Assembly (NCBI GenBank): GCA_963713825.1
Contig: CAVQNG010000025.1
Location: forward strand, 128,001-192,000
Reading direction: 5' to 3'
DNA length: 64,000 bases
From: an uncultured Acidobacteriota bacterium
GTDB taxonomy: Bacteria > Acidobacteriota > Thermoanaerobaculia > Multivoradales > JAHEKO01
Positions 47,504-55,969 of this stretch are shown here, one piece after another (positions within the stretch are counted from its first letter, which is position 1; the number at the start of each line of letters is the position of its first letter). A program made the position numbers and the translations under genes. The notes beneath the pieces are model-generated. The model did no database searches, was not told the origin of the DNA, and saw nothing but the letters and a program-made list of their open reading frames with translations.

Positions 47504-47583
47504 AGGATCGTGGGATCGGAGGGGTACCCATTGCAGCCCAGTCGAGTGGAGCGGGTCTGATCGGGAGCGACGAGCGAGCGACC

Positions 47584-47928
47584 ATGGCTGCTCCTTCATC
47601 CTACGAAAGGATTTACGCGCAAGTGGCACGCGTCCCAATGGGAAGAGTCGCCACCTATGGTCAAATCGCCGACTTGGCTGATCTGCCAGGGCAGGCGCGA
47701 CAGGTCGGCTACGCTCTGCATGCTTTGCCGCCTGGATCCGACCTGCCCTGGCACCGGGTGATCAACGCCAAGGGTGAGGTCAGTCCGCGAGCCGAGCTCG
47801 GTTGGGAGGGATTCCAACGACAGCTACTGGAAGAAGAGGGCGTGGTCTTCGACTCCGGTGGCCGGGTCGATTTGAAGCGCTACCGATGGGAACCACCGCT
47901 GACCGCGGAGTTGCGGCGACAGAGATGA
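47584..47928 (+). CDS. alkyltransferase-like protein (ATL/YbaZ)
   Basis: VATYGQIA, ARQVG, PWHRV (Trp in place of the MGMT Cys). Confidence 0.9.
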   Translation: MAAPSSYERIYAQVARVPMGRVATYGQIADLADLPGQARQVGYALHALPPGSDLPWHRVINAKGEVSPRAELGWEGFQRQLLEEEGVVFDSGGRVDLKRYRWEPPLTAELRRQR

Positions 47929-48677
47929 CAGGCTACCTACTGCTCTTCGGATCGGGGCTGATTGCCGGCGTGATCAACGTTATTGCTGGTGGAGGCTCTT
48001 TTCTGACCCTGCCGATTCTCATGTTTCTCGGCTTGCCGGCCGGCATGGCCAACGGCACGAATCGAGTCGGAATCCTCCTGCAGAACGTAGCGGCCGTGTG
48101 GAGTTTCGAGCGTCACCGGGTGCTGGATTGGAGCTCCCTGTGGTGGGCGGCTGCTCCGGCGACCCTTGGTGCGGTCCTGGGGACCTGGGGTGCTCTGGTC
48201 ATCAGCGACCAGGCTTTCAGGCGGGTGCTGGCGCTATTGATGCTGACGATCTCGGTGTGGACCCTGTGGTCGCCTCATAACAGAAAGAACCAAGGCGATG
48301 AAGAGAGAGCCGAACGCTCTCGGCGGCACTACCTCTTGACTGGCTTGGCCTTCTTCGCGGTGGGAATCTACGGCGGATTCGTGCAAGCCGGAGTCGGGTT
48401 CTTCATCCTCGCTGTGACCTCGGCCGTGGGCCTGAACCTGGTGCGGGGAAACGCCGTCAAGGTACTCACGGTACTGTGCTTCACCGCACTGTCACTAGCT
48501 TTGTTCGCCTGGCAAGGCAAAGTCGATTGGCTCATGGGCCTGACCCTGGCGGCCGGAACGATCATCGGTGGGCTGGTCGGAGCACGGCTCACCGTCCTCA
48601 AGGGACACCGATGGGTGAGAGGGGTCGTCACGGTGACGATCATCCTCTTCGCACTGAAGCTGTGGTTCGGGGGCTAG
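47925..48677 (+). CDS. TauE/SafE (TSUP) family membrane protein
   Basis: INVIAGGGS, ANGTNR, YGGFVQAGVG; ATGA overlap with the ATL gene. Confidence 0.88.
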   Translation: MTGYLLLFGSGLIAGVINVIAGGGSFLTLPILMFLGLPAGMANGTNRVGILLQNVAAVWSFERHRVLDWSSLWWAAAPATLGAVLGTWGALVISDQAFRRVLALLMLTISVWTLWSPHNRKNQGDEERAERSRRHYLLTGLAFFAVGIYGGFVQAGVGFFILAVTSAVGLNLVRGNAVKVLTVLCFTALSLALFAWQGKVDWLMGLTLAAGTIIGGLVGARLTVLKGHRWVRGVVTVTIILFALKLWFGG

Positions 48678-50305
48678 GGCTTGAACTCGATGCGAAGATC
48701 GACCCACATTCTGACCGGGACATCGCCCACCATAGCGGGCTGCCAGGTGGTTTTCTCCGCCGCCTCGAAGGCCGCCCTGTCGAAGCCCATGCCTGCTTTG
48801 GCTCCGGATTGCTCGATCTCTGCTACGTTCCCTTGATCGTCGATCAGCAGGCGCAAGACCACAACGGCTGTGCGACCAAGGCGTCGCGCGGTCTCGGGGT
48901 AGCGCGGCTGGGGTCGCTTGATGACCGTCGGCGCTTGGACTCCCGGCCCCGGCTGAACGAGGTCGCCCCTCGCCACCTGGGGTGGCTCGAGTTGGATGTC
49001 AGCGGCCGAAGCCACGGGATTGGAGGCGAGCCGGTCGGGTTCCGAAGTGGGTTCTGGATCGGCCACTTCGAGGGCCCCGTCGAGGAGCTCCGAGCCGGCC
49101 GCACCATTGGCTGGGGCGACATCTTGCGTGTCGAGCTCGGGCTCTGCCTGGGGCGCCACTACCGTTGTGCGACCGATACTCTCGGGCAGGCTGCTGGAGC
49201 TGGTCTCAATCGAATTGCTGGCAAGCAGTGTTGTGGGTGGAGTCTTGCTCGCTTCGGCCTCACGCTGCGCGTCACGAAGCTGATTGCGAAGAGTCGCCAG
49301 CTCTCGTTCGTACTCCGCTTTGAGCTTTGCGTCTTGCTTCGGTTCGGCGGCAGCAGCGGGAGGCGGCTCGATGTCGGCCGTCGCCAGCGAGTCGGCTTCT
49401 GTCTCGTCCGTCGGCAAGAGACCGACATCCTCGAGGGTTGGCGCAGGTTCGAACTTGGTGAAGCGCACGGCGCTGTCAGGCGTCACCTGGGTCCGCGCCT
49501 CGCTCGGCTCCGCCGGCCAGAAGAAGTAGGCCATCACTCCGATCAAGATCACCACAACTCCGGCAGCGATGGCGGCAAGTAGCTTGATCCGATTGTCCTT
49601 CTTGGCTGCCGTGGTCTCGTAGAAACCTCTTACACTCGGAGCGATGGTGCCCTCGAGGTCCTCCTCGATGATGCTGGAGCGTTCTCGGGAGGCACTCAGA
49701 TCATCGACTACCTTGGGGATCTCGACAGAGGAGATGCTCAAGGGATCCAGAATGTCCGACGCCAGGGTCTCTTCGATCTCCCGTGCATCCTCGGAGGCCC
49801 GATCCTCCATCCTGCCGGCCGCTGAGTGGTTCTCTTCGTCGATACGCCGCATGCCCTCGAGGACCAGGTTCGTAACGTCGAGCGACATGGGTACCATGGG
49901 GAACTCGGGCAGGTCGTCCGGCACGAACCGAAACTCGCCTTCGGGCCAGTTGAAGAGCTCGTAGATCGTCTCTTGAGTCTTCTGCTGAAGAACCTGGCTG
50001 AGCTCCTTCTCCGTGATGGCGCCCAGGGTCACCAGCACCTTGCCGAGGAGTATCTGCGTCGCCTGCTGGAGTTTGAGAGCGCGGGCCAGCGTCGCCTCGT
50101 CGATCAGGCCTTCCTCGATCAGGAAGTGTCCCAGATGTTCCTGCGAGTCACTTGACTCGGAGGAGACGATGGTGCCGGTGTCGAAGTAGATGCGCTTTTC
50201 GATGTCTGCGTTGTCGACGATCAAGACGCCGGTCTTCGTGCCTTGGGCCAGCCACTGCAGAAGTTCCGATAGCTCGAGAGTACGGAGATTACCGGTGATA
50301 CTCAT
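48674..50305 (-). CDS. DUF4388 + MshEN-like + TM + TonB C-terminal domain protein
   Basis: GNL...LLQWL...KTGVL...IYF..G and LFNWPEGEFRF (DUF4388); TM; Pro/Ala-rich linker; PRYPETARRLG..VVVLRLLIDDQGNV..FDRAA..WQPA (TonB-C). Confidence 0.82.
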   Translation of the reverse strand: MSITGNLRTLELSELLQWLAQGTKTGVLIVDNADIEKRIYFDTGTIVSSESSDSQEHLGHFLIEEGLIDEATLARALKLQQATQILLGKVLVTLGAITEKELSQVLQQKTQETIYELFNWPEGEFRFVPDDLPEFPMVPMSLDVTNLVLEGMRRIDEENHSAAGRMEDRASEDAREIEETLASDILDPLSISSVEIPKVVDDLSASRERSSIIEEDLEGTIAPSVRGFYETTAAKKDNRIKLLAAIAAGVVVILIGVMAYFFWPAEPSEARTQVTPDSAVRFTKFEPAPTLEDVGLLPTDETEADSLATADIEPPPAAAAEPKQDAKLKAEYERELATLRNQLRDAQREAEASKTPPTTLLASNSIETSSSSLPESIGRTTVVAPQAEPELDTQDVAPANGAAGSELLDGALEVADPEPTSEPDRLASNPVASAADIQLEPPQVARGDLVQPGPGVQAPTVIKRPQPRYPETARRLGRTAVVVLRLLIDDQGNVAEIEQSGAKAGMGFDRAAFEAAEKTTWQPAMVGDVPVRMWVDLRIEFKP

Positions 50306-50510
50306 GTCTTGTCTCGCTGGCTGCCGAAGTCGGTGGCCCTGACGACCGACCCTTCTGCCTCCATCTTTGTACCTGCAGCTATTGTAAGTCCAATGGGGGG
50401 GTGTTGCGATGTGGCGTGTCTCACACAGCGGGCCGGCCATTGCCGCTCGAGCCGAACGGTCTTGCCGTCTCACCAGCCTTCAGAGAGTATAGAATCAGGA
50501 GCCCACTGCA

Positions 50511-51194
50511 ATGAGCGATCAAGACGACAGAAGGCGTTACCCACGCTTCCCGACCGATGAGGTGGAAGGTAGCTTCTCCTATGCGGTCAAGGCGACCGTC
50601 GACAATCTGAGCCTGGGCGGGTTTGCCGTCCGCACCAGCGCTCAGCTCCAAGTCGGAAGGAAATACAACTTCCGCCTCGGTGAAGGGACTGACTCGGTCC
50701 AGCTGGAGGGAGAGGTGAAGTGGTGCCGGCTGGCTGGGACGGAGAAGCTGGAATCTGGTGATGTGGTCCCCGTCTACTCCGCCGGGATCGCTTTCGATGA
50801 CATTCTGACGACGACGGCGGAAGAGCTCCATCTGTTCATGGAGAAGAATGTCATCCTCGATCTCAAGCAGAGGATATTCGGCCGACTCAAGGTCGAGAGC
50901 GCGAGCGAGATCGCCCTCGAAACCGAGTCCAAGTTTCTGGTCAAACAGCTCAGCGCCTCGGGCATGCTGATCATCACCGAGCTGCCTCCGAAGCCGGAGT
51001 CCATTGTCGAACTGGAATTACAGCTCAATGATCATTCCTTCGAATGCGCGGGAAGGGTCGTCTACGCGGCGGAAGTGGATCTGGTGGAAGAAGAGCTGCG
51101 CTACCGGGTAGGCGTCGAGTTTCTGCGGCCAAGAAAAGAGCAGCTCCAGATTCTGGAGAACTTCATACGTAACGAGCTCGAGCGGGAGGAGTGA
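50511..51194 (+). CDS. tandem PilZ-domain protein
   Basis: RRYPR + NLSLGG; second domain RIFGR + QLSASG; ends of both domains GIAF and GVEF. Confidence 0.85.
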   Translation: MSDQDDRRRYPRFPTDEVEGSFSYAVKATVDNLSLGGFAVRTSAQLQVGRKYNFRLGEGTDSVQLEGEVKWCRLAGTEKLESGDVVPVYSAGIAFDDILTTTAEELHLFMEKNVILDLKQRIFGRLKVESASEIALETESKFLVKQLSASGMLIITELPPKPESIVELELQLNDHSFECAGRVVYAAEVDLVEEELRYRVGVEFLRPRKEQLQILENFIRNELEREE

Positions 51195-51266
51195 CAGCCT
51201 CCCTGGCCGGTGTTGCCCGGAGCCCGAGCGACGCGGGCCCAGTGCCCGCGGTGCAAGGAGACGACC

Positions 51267-52838
51267 ATGAAAATCCTCAAGAGTTTCGTAGCCGGTCGAT
51301 GGCATGAGGCAACGGCCGACCTTGTACCTCTGATCAATCCTTCGACGGAAGAGACCATCGCGCAGGCCTCTAGCACCGGGGTCGATTTTGCGGCGGTCCT
51401 ACTGCATGCCAGGCAGCAAGGCGCCCCCGCGCTCAGGGAATTGAGCTTCGTGCAACGAGGTGCTCTGCTGAAAGCCATGTCGAAGGTTCTGCGGCAGAAC
51501 AGGGACGAGCTGCTGGATCTGTCGAGGTTGAACAACGGCACTACGCCGAGCGATGGCTCCTTCGACATCGACGGCGGTGGGGCCACCCTGGCCTACTACG
51601 CTGGCCTGGCCCGAGGGTTCGAGGACGGGGGACTGATGACCGATGGGGGCGATGTGCCACTGAATCGAAGTGGCGGCTTCTGGGGTCGTCATGTCTGGGT
51701 CCCGAGGCGTGGCGTCGCCGTTCATATCAACGCCTTCAATTTCCCCGTCTGGGGCTTCGCGGAGAAGGCGGCCGCGGCCCTTCTGGCAGGGGTGCCGGTC
51801 ATCACCAAGCCTGCGACTTCGACGGCCCTCGTGGCTCAGAGGTGTGTCGAGATCATCATCGATGCCGGCGTCCTGCCCGATGGCGCTCTGCAGCTCATCT
51901 GTGGTTCGACGGGAGATCTCCTGGAGCAATTGGAACCCCAGGATGTGGTCGCCTTCACGGGCTCGGCGGCGACGGCCATCAAACTGCGGCAGGGTGAGCG
52001 GCTACTAGCCGCGAATTGTCGTTTCAATGTCGAGGCGGACAGCCTCAACGCCGCAGTTCTGGGGCCAGACATCGAACCGAACAGTCGGGTCTTCGAGATG
52101 TTTCTCGAGGATGTCACGCGTGAGGTGACCCAGAAGGCGGGGCAGAAGTGTACCGCCGTGCGTCGAATACTAGTTCCCCAGCGAAACCTCGAGGAGGTCC
52201 GGGAAGCTCTAGCCGACAGACTTTCATCAGTGGTGACCGGGAACCCTTCTGAGGAGGCCGTTCGCATGGGACCGCTGGCTTCGGCGCAGCAACTGGAGGA
52301 CGCCCTGGAAGGCGTCGTCGAACTCCATCGCGATGCTCGGATGGTCGTCGGCAACGGTCAGCGAGTCGATGGCGTTGGGAGTCCTGCCGGCAAGGGCTTT
52401 TTTCTGCAGCCGACACTGTTCGAAGCCTCCGATCCCGGTGGGGAAGGGGCGTTTCACCACCGAGAGGTCTTTGCACCCGTCGCCACTCTCCTGACCTATG
52501 ACGGGAGCGCTACTGTGGCTGCGAATCTCATGTCCCTGGCGGGGGGCACTCTCGTAACCTCCCTCTACAGCGATGACCAAGAATGGCTGGCTGAGTTTCT
52601 CGAAGCTGGAGCCAGCGATACGGGGCGCATCTACATCGGGTCCGAGTCGACGGTCGGCGAAGGCCCTGGGTCGGGTGCCGCCATGCCCCAGACCTTGCAT
52701 GGCGGGCCGGGTCGGGCTGGTGGCGGTGAGGAGTTGGGCAGCCTGATTGGAGCTCAGCTCTACATGCAGCGCGTGGCGCTTCAGGGTGATCAGGCTCTGC
52801 TCGGTCGCTTGACAGAAGGGCGGCAGCTGGAAAAGTAG
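51267..52838 (+). CDS. aldehyde dehydrogenase, BoxD / PaaZ-ALDH type (3,4-dehydroadipyl-CoA semialdehyde dehydrogenase-like)
   Basis: INAFNFPVWG, FTGSA, EADSLN, KAGQKCTAVRR, HGGPGRAGGGEELG; no MaoC domain. Confidence 0.87.
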   Translation: MKILKSFVAGRWHEATADLVPLINPSTEETIAQASSTGVDFAAVLLHARQQGAPALRELSFVQRGALLKAMSKVLRQNRDELLDLSRLNNGTTPSDGSFDIDGGGATLAYYAGLARGFEDGGLMTDGGDVPLNRSGGFWGRHVWVPRRGVAVHINAFNFPVWGFAEKAAAALLAGVPVITKPATSTALVAQRCVEIIIDAGVLPDGALQLICGSTGDLLEQLEPQDVVAFTGSAATAIKLRQGERLLAANCRFNVEADSLNAAVLGPDIEPNSRVFEMFLEDVTREVTQKAGQKCTAVRRILVPQRNLEEVREALADRLSSVVTGNPSEEAVRMGPLASAQQLEDALEGVVELHRDARMVVGNGQRVDGVGSPAGKGFFLQPTLFEASDPGGEGAFHHREVFAPVATLLTYDGSATVAANLMSLAGGTLVTSLYSDDQEWLAEFLEAGASDTGRIYIGSESTVGEGPGSGAAMPQTLHGGPGRAGGGEELGSLIGAQLYMQRVALQGDQALLGRLTEGRQLEK

Positions 52839-52874
52839 CCGGCAGCCCATGTCGGGGCTTAGGTGCTTAGGGGC

Positions 52875-53771
52875 TCAAGAGGGTTTCGGTGCGCTCTGCG
52901 GTTCATTCCTCAACTCACTCAATCGTCGAGAAAAGGCGCGAAACGACTCGTCCGGGTCGTAGAACTTCTGGAAGGCTTCGACTTCCGACACCAGGGGCAT
53001 GATTCCCTTGGCCCTTGTCCACTCGATAAACGGCACCAGAAAGGGGGCGGCCCGCTCCAGCTCGAGCAAGAGGAGGCGGGCCGTAGCTCCTCCATGGTGC
53101 AAGAAGCCTGAAGTCTCATAGTCACGGACAGTCAGTTCCAGGTCGTAGTCGACCCGGCGGAACTCGACCGCCACCTCGTCATGGCTGAGCTGGAACACTG
53201 CGTATTGGGCTCTGCGATCTCTGTTGAAGGGCAGTCCGACTGCGCCGACGTTGACCACCAGGCCGGTCGGCAAGCGACACTCGAGCGGTCGATGGGTATG
53301 GCCGCAGACCAGGACGGGTTCGGTAACCTCGGAAAAGTGGGCCTCCACCTGCTGCTGGGAGGTCCATGGGCCGATTCCCTCACCATTGGATCGGGGAGTT
53401 CCGTGAACCACCCGAAGCTCGGGTGCTAGATTGCTCCGCAGGGTCAGTGGTAAGCCGGCGATGAAGGTGGCTGCCGCTTCGTCGAGCTCGGCGGCCATCC
53501 AGCGGGCGGCCGACCATTCGGGGGCGGCCAGCCAGCGGCTCTTGACCTTTCTGTGTCGGAAGGCGAGCAGGTAGTCCTCGTGATTGCCTCGCACGCTGCG
53601 CCAACGCTGTTCGGCAATTCTCCTCACGACTTCCTTGCCGCAGGGTCCACGCCCAACCAGGTCGCCGGCGACCAGGACCTCGTCGGGCCGCTGGTGAGCG
53701 ACATCCTCGATTACGGCCTCGAGAGCCGGAACATTGCCGTGAACGTCGGCGAGTACAGCGATGCGCTTCAT
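52875..53771 (-). CDS. calcineurin-like metallophosphoesterase
   Basis: ADVHGN, GDLVG, RGNHE, VHG, CGHTH, NVGAVG. Confidence 0.9.
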   Translation of the reverse strand: MKRIAVLADVHGNVPALEAVIEDVAHQRPDEVLVAGDLVGRGPCGKEVVRRIAEQRWRSVRGNHEDYLLAFRHRKVKSRWLAAPEWSAARWMAAELDEAAATFIAGLPLTLRSNLAPELRVVHGTPRSNGEGIGPWTSQQQVEAHFSEVTEPVLVCGHTHRPLECRLPTGLVVNVGAVGLPFNRDRRAQYAVFQLSHDEVAVEFRRVDYDLELTVRDYETSGFLHHGGATARLLLLELERAAPFLVPFIEWTRAKGIMPLVSEVEAFQKFYDPDESFRAFSRRLSELRNEPQSAPKPS

Positions 53772-54283
53772 TCTTCCCTGGGCTTGGTCAGTTCGGCCTT
53801 CAAGAGCTGACGATCCACGATGGCCAGGACCAACTCGGCTCGGCAGACCCGGCGCTCGCCGACAAAGGCTTCGCCCTCCAATCGAGCGGCGCTTTGGCGT
53901 AGCTTTGTGAGCTTGACGCGGTATTCGAGCTGGTCGCCGGGCACGACGGGAGCCACGAATCGTGCGCTCTCGATCTGGAATGCCAACAGGTCCTTGTCGG
54001 CATGCCCCTCGAGGTTGTAGCGCACCATGACCGTGCCGGCTTGTGCCAGCCCCTCGCCGACAAGAACGCCGGGCATCAGGGGAAGACCGACAAAATGGGC
54101 CTCGAGAAACGGCGTCGAGTCTGGGATCTGATAGACCGCTCCGACCTCTGTGGTCTCGAGCCGATTCACCCGGTCGACAAAGAGGAAAGCCTCTCCATAG
54201 GGCAGGATCTGGAGGAGGGCCTGACGGTCGAGGTGGCCATCGGGATGGCGCAGGCGGTCGATGGCGACAGATGACTCAACCAT
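53768..54283 (-). CDS. fabZ: 3-hydroxyacyl-ACP dehydratase (FabZ family)
   Basis: FLFVDRV, HF...PLMPGVLVGEGLAQ, ARF..PV.PGD. Confidence 0.82.
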   Translation of the reverse strand: MVESSVAIDRLRHPDGHLDRQALLQILPYGEAFLFVDRVNRLETTEVGAVYQIPDSTPFLEAHFVGLPLMPGVLVGEGLAQAGTVMVRYNLEGHADKDLLAFQIESARFVAPVVPGDQLEYRVKLTKLRQSAARLEGEAFVGERRVCRAELVLAIVDRQLLKAELTKPREE

Positions 54284-55523
54284 CGAAGCGGCGGATTACC
54301 ATCGAGGCATTGGTTCCACCAAAGCCGAAGTTGTTCGACAGAACCGTGGTGAGGGCCTGATGACGAGTCTCTGTCACAACAGGCAGCCCCTCGACGGCAG
54401 GGTCGGGGGTTTCGATATTGACGGATGGAGCGATGAAGCCCTTCTCCATCATGCCTATGCAGAAGATCAATTCGAGGGCGCCAGCCGCTCCGATCCCATG
54501 TCCTGTCATGGACTTGGTGGAGGAGAACGGCGGTACACGGTCACCGAAGGTCGCCTGGATCGCCTTGACCTCGGCTATGTCGCCTTGGATGGTAGAAGTG
54601 CCGTGGGTGTTCACATAGTCGATCACATCGGGCTCGATCCCGGCATCGCTCATCGCCGCTCGCATACAGGCTCCGGCCTGAGCGCCCTCAGGCTCCGGCA
54701 GCACGAGATCGAAGCCATCAGAATTGGCGGCGTAGCCGATGACCTCGGCGCGAACTCGAGCGCCTCGCGCCAACGCCTGCTCCAGATCCTCGAGGACCAC
54801 GATGCCTCCACCGCCGCTGATGACGAAGCCGTCTCGTTTGGCGTCGAAGGGCCGCGAGGCCTTGGTTGGCGTGTCGTTGTAGTGCGTCGACAGTGCCAGG
54901 CGCAGTCCTTGAAATGCGGCCGCTACCAGCTCGGCGGTGTCCTCGCCGCCGCCAGTGATAGCGCGGTCCAGTACGCCGGCGCGGATCAATTCGTAGGCGT
55001 GACCTATGTTGTGGGCGCTCGTGGCGCAAGCGGAGCTCAGAGAGTAGCTCCTGCCCTTGATCTTGAACAGGTTGGCCACCGTCGCGCTCGAGGAGCTGGC
55101 CATGCAGCGCAGGACCGTGTAGGGATCGGCGCGCCGGATGCGCCCGGCATAGTACAAGTCGGCCGCCCTCTTCACGGAGTCGACGCTGCCCACTCCGGAG
55201 CCGACGATGCATCCAGTCTTGTCGCTGTTGAGCTCAGTCTGCTCCAAACCCGCATCGTCGACCGCGTCCCGAGCCGCCAGAGAGCAGTAAAGGGCGGCGT
55301 CGGACATGGCAGGTGTGAGCTTCTTCGACAGCTTCGCCGCCTCTTTCTTTTCGGCGATATTGTCGATCATTCCCGCCACCAGGCTTTTGAGACCCTTGCC
55401 CTCCCATTCCGGCACGGCCCGAATCCCGCTTCTGCCTTCGCGCAGAGATTCCAGCACGGGCTCGTAGTCGTGCCCCAGACAGGACACCAGTCCTACTCCG
55501 GTGATGGCAACTCGACGCGGCAT
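54276..55523 (-). CDS. fabB: beta-ketoacyl-ACP synthase (FabB/KAS I-like)
   Basis: SSACATSAH (Cys), HGTST (His), KSMTGH (His), NNFGFGGTN. Confidence 0.88.
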   Translation of the reverse strand: MPRRVAITGVGLVSCLGHDYEPVLESLREGRSGIRAVPEWEGKGLKSLVAGMIDNIAEKKEAAKLSKKLTPAMSDAALYCSLAARDAVDDAGLEQTELNSDKTGCIVGSGVGSVDSVKRAADLYYAGRIRRADPYTVLRCMASSSSATVANLFKIKGRSYSLSSACATSAHNIGHAYELIRAGVLDRAITGGGEDTAELVAAAFQGLRLALSTHYNDTPTKASRPFDAKRDGFVISGGGGIVVLEDLEQALARGARVRAEVIGYAANSDGFDLVLPEPEGAQAGACMRAAMSDAGIEPDVIDYVNTHGTSTIQGDIAEVKAIQATFGDRVPPFSSTKSMTGHGIGAAGALELIFCIGMMEKGFIAPSVNIETPDPAVEGLPVVTETRHQALTTVLSNNFGFGGTNASMVIRRFDG

Positions 55524-55526
55524 GGG

Positions 55527-55787
55527 TCAGGCGAGCTGCTCTAGCTTCTGGGTCACCATGGCCAAGACGTCGCCCACGGTGTCGAGGGATTCGATCTCTT
55601 CGTCTTCGATCGTGACGCCGAACTCATCCTCGAGATCCATGACCAGGGTGACGGCCTGGAGGGAGCTCAGGTCCAGGTCCTTTCGAAGAGTGGTCTGATC
55701 CGTCACCTTGGCAGCGTCGATCTCTTCGTCGGAAGCCGCGATCAGGTGTTGGATTATCCTGTCTCTGGTCGAGTCGGTAGCGCTCAT
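55527..55787 (-). CDS. acyl carrier protein
   Basis: Acidic, 86 aa; DLDLSSLQAV..MDLEDEFGVTI.DEE...TVGD. Confidence 0.88.
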   Translation of the reverse strand: MSATDSTRDRIIQHLIAASDEEIDAAKVTDQTTLRKDLDLSSLQAVTLVMDLEDEFGVTIEDEEIESLDTVGDVLAMVTQKLEQLA

Positions 55788-55969
55788 CCTTGCTCTCCTG
55801 TGGTTCTTCTTCGCTCGGAATCATAGCTCATCGGAATGGATCTGCCGCGCTGTCGGAGTCTGGGCTGATCGTCGAGATTCAGCAGCGGCAGACGCGTCCA
55901 GGTGCAATAATGGGAAGTTGCTGTCATCCCGGTGCCAAAGGGAGCACCGGATGGATGAGGAGAGCGCCC

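Noticed and set aside
47584-47928. MGMT with active-site Cys replaced by Trp as a pseudogene or novelty
   Set aside because: PWHRV is the normal signature of the known alkyltransferase-like family.
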